Shown here: positions 49,755 to 64,000 of the stretch, in pieces
Position numbering within the stretch: position 1 is the first letter of the stretch
How the letters are laid out: every line of letters begins with the position of its first letter
NCBI RefSeq assembly: GCF_006345805.1
Contig: NC_043021.1
Span: 27,342,001 to 27,406,000 of the forward strand
Source: Octopus sinensis
Taxonomy: Eukaryota
Direction of reading: 5' to 3'
Length of the DNA: 64,000 bases
Program-made: the position numbers and the translations under genes
Notes under the pieces: generated by a model
The model's database searches: none
Told to the model about the DNA's origin: nothing
Seen by the model: only the letters and a program-made list of their open reading frames with translations

Positions 49755-52586
<2,832 letters not shown>

Positions 52587-52593
52587 TTATCCA

Positions 52594-52706
<113 letters not shown>

Positions 52707-52711
52707 CTATA

Positions 52712-52943
52712 TTCTTTACTTGTTTCAGTCATTTGACTGCGGCTATGCAGGAGCACCGCCTTTAGTCGAGCAAATTGACTCCAGAACTTATTCTTTGTAA
52801 GCCTAGTACTTGTTCTATCGGTCTCTTTGGCCGAACCGCTAAGTTACGAGGACGTAAACACACCAGCATTGGTTGTCAAGTGATGTTGGGGGAACAAACA
52901 TAGACACACAAGCACCCCCCCCACACATACACACACACACACA

Positions 52944-52984
<41 letters not shown>

Positions 52985-53142
52985 GACGGGCCTCTTTCAG
53001 TTTCTGTCTACCAAATCCACTCACAAGGCTTTGGCCGGCCCGAGGCTATAGTAGAAGGCACATGCCCAAGGTGCCACGCAGTGGGACTGAACCCGGAATC
53101 ATGTGGTTGGTAAGCAAGCTACTTATCACACAGCCACTCCTG
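52712..53142 (-). mobile_element. SINE family A copy (near full length)
   Basis: Diagnostic blocks. Confidence 0.9.
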
Positions 53143-54111
53143 TGTACACACACACACACACACACACACAAACGTTTCACGTTTCTGTCTATCAAATACA
53201 TTCACAATATTTAGTGGGTTCAATCGGTCCCTAAAGCACATGCTTGACCAGCGTGCCAGGCAGGTGGACTGAAATATACGCAAGTCGATCTGAAAGAAGA
53301 TAAAATTGTAACTCGTTCCTCATATAACAGGGTGTATATAGGATGAATTTACGGATTCACACGTTATTCTTGTAGATTAATTTTCCTCTCTAAAGCTATG
53401 TTGAAATATCTTTCCATAAACGAATGATTAAATATACAAAAGTTTCATTTTCCCCGCAAAATATACGTTTAACCCTTTGCCTCTTGTCTGTATCACATAC
53501 AAAATTTGCCTTTTCCCCCGCAAAATTTATCATGCGTTTAACTTTTTGCCTCTCATGTGTATCACGTGCGACACACAGGACTCCCCGGGGTTCATGTATT
53601 ATGTACGGTACACATTCCCAGTTCTTTATAATCACCAGAGAAACTTGAAACTTAAGAAAGAAAAGCTTCGTATTACCCAGAACGTATAAAAGAAGGACTA
53701 ACCAAAAGTCTAAAAGGAAAAAATAAAAAAGGATGGAAGTTTACGACAAATCTATGCAAATGCTTTGGACTTGGAAAAGATTAAATTAAAACCGGTTTCA
53801 AATTGAATGTTTTATCCAATGGTTACATAATGTTCATCAAATATTTAATCGATATTTATTCTTGAGCTCATTGGTTGACCTCGATTACGGAAATTTCCTT
53901 TGATAAAAAACCCCCACCATATATGGATCGTTTTCATGTTGGTTTTTCTGACTTTTATTACAACTCTCTACATTAAGAATTTATGAGTGTGGTGCCAAAC
54001 CATTTAAAATCCTGATCCACTTTCAAAAAAATCTATAATTCTCTACAGACCCAACTTATTTTTATTGCTTTGATAATTATTTCAAAAATAAATGTTAAAG
54101 ATATATGTTTT

Positions 54112-54480
54112 ACCTTTTACTTGTTTCAGTTATTAGACTGCGGTCATGCTGGGGCACCACGAAAAAAATCGTTTAGTCGAATGCATCGACCTAAGGACTT
54201 ATTTTTCAAACGCCTGGTCCTTATTCTATCGGCCTCTTTGCCGAACCGCTGAGTTACACCAGCACCGGTTATCAAGCAGTGGTGTAAGACAAACGCAAAC
54301 ACACACACACACATATGACGGGCTTCTTTCAGTTTCTGTCTGCCAACTTCCCTCAGAAGGCTTTGATCGGCGTGAGGCTATAGTTAGAAGACATTCGCCG
54401 AAGGGGTCACGCAGTGGGTCAGACCACGGAACCATGTGGTTGGGAAGCAAGCTTCTAAGCGCACAGCTATGCCCGCGGCT
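54112..54480 (-). mobile_element. SINE family A copy
   Basis: Diagnostic blocks. Confidence 0.82.
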
Positions 54481-54584
54481 ATATATTTTAAATAATTTTC
54501 TAAATTACTAAAATTAACATTTGATCGTTATTTCTTGTTTGCAGAATTATTCTTCAGTTTTTGCTAGTAGAAAATGTAAAAGGG

Positions 54585-54916
54585 TAAAGACCCCCTTCGG
54601 TCATGAATGACCATGGGATTGCACCTAGAAAGTTACCCTCCTAGACACAAGTCTGGGCAAGGTTGTTTATGGAAGACCAGCAGTCGCCCATGCATACCAG
54701 CCTCCCCTCTCCACGCCACCAGTGTTATCCAAGGGAAAGACAAAGGTCGATACAGCTTGGCACCTGTGACGTCGCAACTCATTTCTACAGCTGAGTGAAC
54801 TGGAGCAACGTGAAATAAAGTGCCTTGCTCAAGAACACAACACGCAGCCCGGTCCGGGATTCGAGCTCACAACCTCACGATCGTAAGCTCGACGCTCTAA
54901 CCACTGAGCCATGCGA
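54585..54916 (-). mobile_element. CORE-type SINE family D (near full length)
   Basis: Minus-strand head CGCATGGCTCAGTGGTTAGAGCGTCG..GTGAGCTCGAATCCCGG (A/B boxes), then TTCTTGAGCAAGGCACTTTA (CORE-like). A plus-strand fragment lies at 49240-49360. Confidence 0.85.
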
Positions 54917-55124
54917 ATGTATTCTACCTCTAATGACTATAAATTATTTTATAATTTATTCATAAACATTTCACATTTTATTTAATATTTAAAAATTACA
55001 AGTGTAGCCGACTGTTTAAGAATTATACAGTTACATAGGTGGGGAAGCGTTTATTTACACGCGCTTTCAAGCACTTCTGGTATAAAGCAAGGCTCCCATT
55101 GGCTTCTGCATGTATGTATATATA

Positions 55125-55290
55125 GGTGTAGATATTGTTATGTGGTTGATAGCTGTGTTTTGCAATCAGGTGGTTTCGGGTACAGTTCCGTTGCGCAGCA
55201 CCTTGGGCAAGAATCTTTGACTGTACCTCAGGTCTATCAATGTCTTGTGAAAGAATGTGCTTGACGGCAGCTGTGAAGAAGCTCGTCGTC
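55125..55290 (+). mobile_element. Diverged SINE family A head
   Basis: GCAGCACCTTGGGCAAG..TGACGGCAGCTGTGAAGAAGCTCGTCGT. Confidence 0.6.
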
Positions 55291-55294
55291 TTTC

Positions 55295-55389
<95 letters not shown>

Positions 55390-55393
55390 ATAT

Positions 55394-55520
55394 TGTTGAA
55401 GAGCGTAGGCTCGAAACGTAAAAGACTCTCTCACTTTCTCCAACGAATTCACCTGCTTATTGTTCATACACCTGTCTTCCTCCGTTATTTTTCTGTAAAT
55501 TTCAACTATATAATATATAT
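55394..55520 (+). repeat. Inverted copy of the PLE 3' LTR end
   Basis: Reverse complement of ~55665-55788, starting inside the hammerhead core. Confidence 0.88.
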
Positions 55521-55570
55521 ATACACACACACACACACACATATATATGTATATAAATATGCATGTAATC

Positions 55571-56540
<970 letters not shown>

Positions 56541-56899
56541 AGAATTCCCAAACTGATCGATCAGTTTCGGCAATTTCTGTAAGGACTGGCAGATTCCGGA
56601 CTGAATTCTCTGTCAGTTTGTATGTTTTCACCATAAAAAAATTTATGGATGACTTAGCGAATGGCTAATGTGTATTGTGAAAATTAATATAGAGAAGAGT
56701 GTGCAATGTTTTACCAAAAAGGAAAACTATAATTGTCCCTAAATATAACTAAGGTGTTAGAAACAGCTACATTGCTAGAAATAAGAGCTAAAATGCTCTA
56801 AGGCTGTATTCAAAGCACATAATTGTATAAATATTTACTGACAGATTTTCTTTTTTGGTAAAACATTGTACACTACTCTTATATTAATTATATACATAT

Positions 56900-57065
56900 A
56901 GGTGCAAGAGTGGCTGTGTGGTAAGAAGCTTACTTCCCAACCACATGGTTCTGGGTTCAGTCCCACAGGTGGTACGTTGGGCAAGTGTCCTCTACTATAG
57001 GCTCGGGCCGGCCAAAGCATTGTGAGTGAATTTGGTAGACAGAAACTGAAAGAAGCCCGTCGTAT
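56900..57065 (+). mobile_element. SINE family A head half
   Basis: GAGTGGCTGTGTGGTAAGAAGCTT..GGGTTCAGTCCCAC..TTGGGCAAGTGTC..GAAACTGAAAGAAGCCCGTCG. Confidence 0.85.
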
Positions 57066-57150
57066 ATATATATATATAAATAATTTACATTTGATATGCT
57101 GGCCATTGATAAAATTTTTTTCTCGAAAAAAATTTTATCCTACAGTAGTT

Positions 57151-57178
57151 ATATACATACATATATATATATATATAT

Positions 57179-57229
<51 letters not shown>

Positions 57230-57314
57230 GTATGTGTATAATATATATATATATGTATGTATATATATATATGTATATATGTATGTATATATATGTATAT
57301 ATATATATATATAG

Positions 57315-57395
<81 letters not shown>

Positions 57396-57400
57396 TGTAT
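57151..57400. repeat. (TA)n/(TG)n microsatellite
   Basis: Visible. Confidence 0.95.
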
Positions 57401-58111
57401 CAGGCAAAGAATGACGAGTTCTGTTTTTGCATAGCATTATTCACTGTTATGAACGTTTCAAATGTTCCCAGAAACTGTTCGCTATATAATGGCTTGTAAT
57501 CATAGTCAATCAATTAATTAATCATTTGATTAAGGGAATACTTAGCACTCAACCTTTCTCTTCACAGCTTATAGTTATTGCGGTAGATTTTCAGATTCTC
57601 CTACAAGCGTACGAGTGGAATTGGGATTATAGATAACGGACATATCAAATTGCATTCCTTGATTTATTATACACTTGCCAATTTCACAGTGCTAGGATGT
57701 CAAGATGTCATCAAGTATAGGAGCGTGCTATTCTATGAGAACATAGCACAGGGTAAATTATTACCATCAAATATATTTATTTCCCGACCAATCTGTGGAA
57801 GAATGGTATATTAAAGTAACTAAGGGAACGGCGAAATTTTGAATAAGTATCAAACATTTGTAAAATTTACAACTTTATTGTCCGTCTCTTATAAAGAGTT
57901 CGAGAAATATCGGGTAAAATGAAGTTAGTTAAAATGAATTTCAATTAAATAACGTTAAATAGAATTAAACTGCATTAATTTAGGTGTAATAGTTTAGGAT
58001 TTGATGAAAGATGAAATTTAGTTAGGCAAAACGTGCTTGGTATATAATATATAATACATAACAGATAATTTAAGAAGGATGAAGGAGATAACATGGGTTC
58101 GCACATCCGCG

Positions 58112-58957
58112 TACGAAGTGTTGTCAAAAAGTATCCGACATTGATTTTTTTTTTTGCACAAAATAATGCGTGAACAAAATCCGCATGGGTATTATGTGGC
58201 TGCATCCTTCCTGAGCATGTGCAAACATTTTCCTGTCTGTAGCTTGTGCCATTGGCCCGCAGTGACGCGTTGAGTACAGACGTGAAGAGTGTACTGTGCG
58301 ATTTTTCTTTTTGAGTCAAGATGACCGAATGCATTGAGTAAAGATATTGTATCAAATTCTGCCCAAAAATTGGCGATGCGCATGTCTAGACTATCGAGAA
58401 GATTCAGAAGGCCTTTGGGGATGATGCTATGGGAAAAACACAAATAAAGGAGTGGTTTATCGGGTTCAAAGATGGCCGCACCTCAGTGGACAGGGAAGTA
58501 GGTTGTGGCCAGACAATTACCAAAGAATCCTACTTGGGGATTTTTCTTCGCCGTTGTGAAGCTGTGCTGCGAAAACGACCCGATCTTTGGGCAGCAAATG
58601 GCTGACGATTCCTGCATGACAACGCCCTCGCTCATTCGGCACGTGTCGTCCAAGCATTCCTCGTCAAGCAAAACACACCACTTGTTCGTCAGGCTTCTAA
58701 CTCCCTTGACTCCGTTTGATTTTTTGCTATTACCAAATCTCAAAAACACCCAAAGGGAGAAGATTTGAGTCAACAGGGGACATTAAGCAAATTTCAACGG
58801 CACAGCCCTACAGCATCCCAAAAAGTGATTTCCAGAAATGTTTCCAGGAACGCTGGCAGAACTGTGAGAATACTTTGAAGGAAACGAAATCAAAATGGTG
58901 AGTTTTTTAATTACTTGTTTTTGGCCAAAGGTCGGATACTTTTGACTACATTTCGTA
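58112..58957 (+). mobile_element. Mariner transposon (irritans-like), internally deleted and decayed
   Basis: TA-flanked TIRs CGAAGTGTTGTCAAAAAGTATCCGAC / GTCGGATACTTTTGACTACATTTCG. Remnant peptides RYCIKFC..IQKAFGDDAMGKTQIKEWF..FKDGRTSV, LHDNALAH and DFLLLPNLK..KGRRF. Confidence 0.88.
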
Positions 58958-59625
58958 TATACCATACACAGACACGCACATACATACCCATGCATATACA
59001 GACATATTCATACACTTACATGTACATGTAAATGCATACATTAATATTCACATACGAATAGGTATACATGTACATGAAATCATATACCTATGGACACCGG
59101 CATGCAGTTTCACGATCCAAAGTAAGTTTCAAATCCAGCATAGTGTAATGTTCCAGGTAAGGTGTTTACATACAAAAAGAACACAAATGAGTTATGGTTC
59201 ACTACAACTGTTTCTGACACGTTATTTATTTATGAATAATTCGATTACATTCCCCCTTCCTTCATTCTCAGCTCCACGTCTTATGGTGTTGTTGTGGTTC
59301 TGCTCTGTGTATATCTCTATATCTAACTGTCTATCTTTAGCTTCCATATACAACTAACAACGATCGCCTTATATTACATCCTGACACGCTCGCGGTCAAA
59401 ACAAGATGTGTATAATTTTATGGTTCACTGTTTCAGGTAAAACATACAAACAAACATGAAAAAAGCCGTTTTCTTCAGATATATTAAAAACAATACAAAG
59501 ATGTAGAATATGGATTTCGGCAAAAAAGATGATAGTCTCTCTTCTTTGTTGCAGAAATGAGAGGGTCATCCGTATCCCACAATTTCATTTTTTATCTCCG
59601 AAACAAATTTTAATTTTTGATTTTT

Positions 59626-59712
59626 AGTTCACCTGAAGAAAACATTTATTTTTATAATGCAATCGAATTATTCATCAACAGAAAAACTCACCTGAAACAG
59701 CGGTAGTGAACT
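59626..59712 (+). ncRNA. Hammerhead-like motif next to (TA)n, with a diverged inverted copy at ~59421-59490
   Basis: agttcac-CTGAAGA-(52 nt, weak stem II)-GAAA-CAGCG-GTA-gtgaact, with a perfect 7 bp stem I. Confidence 0.55.
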
Positions 59713-59727
59713 TTAATCAATTTGTAC

Positions 59728-59742
59728 TATATATATATATAT

Positions 59743-59773
<31 letters not shown>

Positions 59774-59874
59774 ATTATTATATATATTATATATATATAT
59801 AATATATATATATATTATATATATATGATATATATAATATATATATATATAATATATTATATATATATTATATA

Positions 59875-59934
<60 letters not shown>

Positions 59935-59935
59935 T
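59728..59935. repeat. (TA)n microsatellite
   Basis: Visible. Confidence 0.97.
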
Positions 59936-60333
59936 TATAATAGGATTAGCTCGTATACGAGTAGGTATATATTTGTAAAAAATGAAGTTCGAAAATGCTG
60001 CTATATTATACAATTTTTAATTTTATATATACATTATAACATGTTTCAGTTCCTGAAATGAACCTTATCAAAAAAAGTTTATATATAAAAAAAGACAGCT
60101 CATGCCGTCAAACACAAGAAATTCATTTACAATACACAACGGAGTCAGACATCTTAAAGTTCAAATATAGTTTGAAGTAAGTTCATTCATGCTATATGTT
60201 CAAAGTGTTCGATGCAGTGGCCCCGGTGGCGATACGTATTCAATACAAAAAACAGATCAAAGTGGTGGAAAGCAGTCTATACAGAAGATTGATGTTCCCG
60301 AAAGAGCGAGAAGGTCTCTAGTAATTGTTCGGG

Positions 60334-60880
60334 TTTTATAATGCCTGTTAGGTGGTCAGTCCAGCGTAGCGTGACGTCATCAACGTTTGACCAATCGTTT
60401 CGTTAGGTGGCTTAGTCAAGCAGAACGGTACGTCATCAACATTCTGACCAATCGTGACCTATCGCTGTTTTATACTGCCTCTTGTCTGTATCCTGTTTTG
60501 ACCAGTCGTTTCGTTAGGTGGCTTAGTCAAGCAGGACGGTACGTCATCATGATTCTGACCAATCACGACTTATAGCTGTATTAGATCTGCCCCTTTTCGT
60601 TAGGTGGCTTAGTCAAGCAGAACGGGACGTCATCACATTCTGACCAATCGTAACCTATCGCTGTGTATAACTGCCTCTTGTCTGTATCCTGTTTTGACCA
60701 GTCGTTTCGTTAGGTGGCTTAGTCAAGCAGAACGGGACGTCATCAAGATTCTGCCCAATCACGACTTATAGCTCCATTAGATCTGCCCCCTGTCTGTATT
60801 TTGTTAGGTGACTAGTCAAGCAGAAAGGTACGTCATCAATATTCTGACTAATCTCTGCCCCCTGTTTGTATCCTTGTCCA
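60334..60880 (-). promoter_or_regulatory. TATA box preceded by six tandem CRE/CCAAT modules
   Basis: Minus-strand TATAAAA at 60334-60340 and TGACGTCA at 60372. ACGTCA at 60374, 60430, 60541, 60627, 60737 and 60830. CCAAT at 60391, 60448, 60559, 60644 and 60755. Repeat marker GTTAGGTG. Confidence 0.55.
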
Positions 60881-60887
60881 TTATATT

Positions 60888-60946
<59 letters not shown>

Positions 60947-60949
60947 TTT

Positions 60950-61319
60950 TATCTTTTTACTTGTTTCAGTCATTTTGACTGCAGCCATGACGGAGCACCA
61001 CTTTTAGTCAACCAAATCGACTCCAGGATTTATTCTTTGTAAGCCTAGTACTCATTCTGTCATTCTCTTTTATCGAACCGCTAGGTTAAGGGGACGTAAA
61101 CACACCAACATCAGTTGTCAAGCGGTGTTGGGGGTACAAGCACAGACACACTCACACAAATATATATATATACAACGGGCTTCTTTCAGTCTCCGTCTAC
61201 CAAATCTACTCACAAGGCTTTAGTTGGCCCAAGGCTAAAGTAGATGGTGCTACACAGTGAAACTGAACCCGAAACCATTTAGATGGCAAGCAAGTTCTTA
61301 CCACACATCCAATCCTGCA

Positions 61320-61322
<3 letters not shown>
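60950..61322 (-). mobile_element. SINE family A copy
   Basis: Diagnostic blocks. Confidence 0.82.
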
Positions 61323-61350
<28 letters not shown>

Positions 61351-61352
<2 letters not shown>

Positions 61353-64000
61353 AGTCTGCGCAGTGATATGATTAGTTAGGGAGAGTAATTCATTAGACGC
61401 ACATGCTTCTAGTGAGTTAGGATCCCAGAAAAACAGTGGGTCTCACTGAAGAATTCTCCCTGGCCAACATAAATAAATTTATTTATTGCTGAAAAGAAAG
61501 AAACTGCAGTCTGAGAATTACCGGTTTAGTAAATGTTTTTATCTTCATTTCACTTAATTTATCAAGCTTCTGTATTCCTAGCACATATTTCGCCTTAATG
61601 TACTGATATATGAAAAATATATGGCTTGTGTTAGTATACCAGCGATTATAATTATTTTTATTTTATCGCAATTTGATTTGTTTACATATTTCTCGATAAA
61701 TTATGAGCGCCAGGCGATATAACCAGAATTCCCTAGTGTGTCGGGACGTTCGGAGTCTGCGCAGTGATATGATTAGTTAGGGAGAGAATTCATTAGACGC
61801 ACATGCTTCTAGTGAGTTAGGATCCCAGAAAAACAGGTCTCACTGAACGAATTCTCCCTGGGCAAATAAATTATCTTTATTGCTGAAAAGAAAGAAACTG
61901 CAGTCTGAGAATTACCGGTTTAGTAAATGTTTTATCGTCCATTCACTTAATTTATCAAGCTTCTGTATTCCTAGAACATATTTTCGCCTTATGCTTAATG
62001 ACTGATATATGAAAAATATATGGCTTGTGTTGTATATACCAGCGATTATAATTATTTTTTTTATTTTATCGCAATTTGATTTGTTTACATATTTCTCGAT
62101 AAATTATGAGCGCCAGGCGATATACCAGAATTCCTAGTGTTGTCGGGACGTTCGGGTCTCTGCGCTGAGTGATATGATTAGTTAGGGAGAGTAATTCATT
62201 AGACGCACATGCTTCTAGTGAGTTAGGATCCCAGAAAAACAGGGTCTCACTGAAGAATTCTCCCTGGGCAAATAAATTATCTTATTGCTGAAAAGAAAGA
62301 AACTGCAGTCTGAGAATTACCGGTTTAGTAAATGTTTTTATCTTCATTTCACTTAATTTATCAAGCTTCTGTATTCCTAGCACATATTTCGCCTTAATGT
62401 ACTGATATATGAAAAATATATGGCTTGTGTTAGTAATACCAGCCAGCGATTATAATTATTTTTATTTTATCATCGCATTTGATTTGTTTACATATTTCTC
62501 GATAAATTATGAGCGCCAGGCGATATACCAGAATTCCCTAGTGTTGTCGGACGTTCGGAGTCTGCGCAGTGATATGATTAGTTAGGAGAGTAATTCATTA
62601 GACGCACATGCTTCTAGTGAGTTAGGATCCCAGAAAAACAGGGTCTCACTGAAGAATTCTCCCTGGGCAAATAAATTATCTTTATTGCTGAAAAGAAAGA
62701 AACTGCAGTCTGAGAATTACCGGTTTAGTAAATGTTTTTATCTCTTCATTTCACTTAATTTATCAAGCTTCTGTATTCCTAGCACATATTTCGCCTTAAT
62801 GTACTGATATATGAAAAATATATGGCTTGTTTTAGTATACCCAGCGATTATAATTATTTTTATTTTATCGCAATTTGATTTGTTTACATATTTCTCGATA
62901 AATTAATGAGCGCCAGCGATATACCAGAATTCCCTAGTGTTGTCGGACGTTCGGAGTCTGCGCAGTGATATGATTAGTTAGGGAGAGTAATTCATTAGAC
63001 GCACATGCTTCTAGTGAGTTAGGATCCCAGAAAAACAGGGTCTCACTGAAGAATTCTCCCTGGGCAAATAAATTATCTTTATTGCTGAAAAGAAAGAAAC
63101 TGCAGTCTGAGAATTACGGTTTAGTAAATGTTTTTATCTTCATTTCACTTAATTTATCAAGCTTCTGTATTCCTAGCACACATATTTCGCCTTAATGTAC
63201 TGATATATATGAAAAATATATGGCTTGTGTTAGTAATACCAGCGATTATTATTTTTTTTATTTTATCGCAATTTGATTTGTTTACATATTTCTCGATAAA
63301 TTAAGAGCGCCAGGCGATATACCAGAATTCCCTAGTGTTGTCGGGACGTTCGGAGTCTGCGCAGTGATATGATAGTTAGGGAGAGTATTCATTAGACGCA
63401 CATGCTTCTAGTGAGTTAGGATCCCAGAAAAACAGGGTCTCACTGAAGAATTCTCCCTGGGCAAATAAATTATCTTTATTGCTGAAAAGAAAGAACTGCA
63501 GTCTGAGAATTACCGGTTTAGTAAATGTTTTTATCTTCATTTCACTTAATTTATCAAGCTTCTGTATTCCTAGCACATATTTCGCCTTAATGTACTGATA
63601 TATGAAAAATATATGGCTTGTGTTAGTAATACCAGCGATTATAATTATTTTTATTTTATCGCAATTTGATTTGTTTACATATTTCTCGATAAATTATGAG
63701 CGCCAGGCGATATACCAGAATTCCCTAGTGTTGTCGGGACGTTCGGAGTCTGCGCAGTGATATGATTAGTTAGGGAGAGTAATTCATTAGACGCACATGC
63801 TTCTAGTGAGTTAGGATCCCAGAAAAACAGGGTCTCACTGAAGAATTCTCCCTGGGCAAATAAATTATCTTTATTGCTGAAAAGAAAGAAACTGCAGTCT
63901 GAGAATTACCGGTTTAGTAAATGTTTTTATCTTCATTTCACTTAATTTATCAAGCTTCTGTATTCCTAGCACATATTTCGCCTTAATGTACTGATATATG
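61351..64000 (+). repeat. ~400 bp tandem array with one hammerhead per unit (retrozyme-like), at least 6.6 units, running off the window
   Basis: Units start at ~61351, 61752, 62154, 62557, 62953, 63352 and 63745 (GGAGTCTGCGCAGTGATATG or a close variant). The array begins immediately after (TA)n. Confidence 0.95.
62644..62715 (+). ncRNA. Type I hammerhead motif, representative array copy (others at 61441, 61838, 62245, 63041, 63438, 63833)
   Basis: tctca-CTGAAGA-a-ttct..gcaaataaa-ttatc-tttattgc..agaa-a-GAAA-CTGCAG-TC-tgaga. Stem I is 5 bp, stem III is the palindrome ACTGCAGT, and the site is GUC. Confidence 0.75.

Noticed and set aside
54860-54916. tRNA gene
   Set aside because: A/B boxes are present but run into a SINE body with no complete cloverleaf. 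The same holds for the other SINE heads.
56549-56620. Minus-strand CTGACAGA..GAAA-CTGATCGATCAG-TT hammerhead-like motif
   Set aside because: The core has an insertion, stem I does not pair, and the pattern is explained by a 16 bp palindrome.
61351-64000. CRISPR array or rDNA/5S/snRNA tandem
   Set aside because: Whole units are repeated with no unique spacers, and there is no similarity to 5S, tRNA or snRNA that I can recognise.

Overview
AT-rich, repeat-dense eukaryotic DNA. The SINE families and the extreme microsatellite load suggest an octopus genome (inference from recognised repeats). I find no credible host protein-coding exon, and most ORFs in the supplied track are translated microsatellites. 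Contents: (i) about 35 tRNA-derived SINE copies in several families; (ii) two decayed mariner transposons; (iii) non-LTR retroelements sitting in specific microsatellites: an R4/Dong-type RLE element plus two 3' remnants in (TAA)n, a Tx1/L1-type element in (TATC)n, and CR1-like fragments; (iv) three Penelope-like (RT/GIY-YIG) remnants; (v) a 6.5 kb (ATT)n tract. The most notable signal is a high density of type I hammerhead-ribozyme motifs (stem I-CUGANGA-stem II-GAAA-short palindromic stem III-UH-stem I'). They occur in non-coding partial-tandem or inverted modules embedded in (TA)n (30.2-34.7 kb, 55.4-55.8 kb, 59.4-59.7 kb). They also occur once per unit in a ~400 bp tandem array (61351 to window end), which looks like a non-LTR retrozyme. 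All coordinates were read by eye and boundaries may be off by a few bases.
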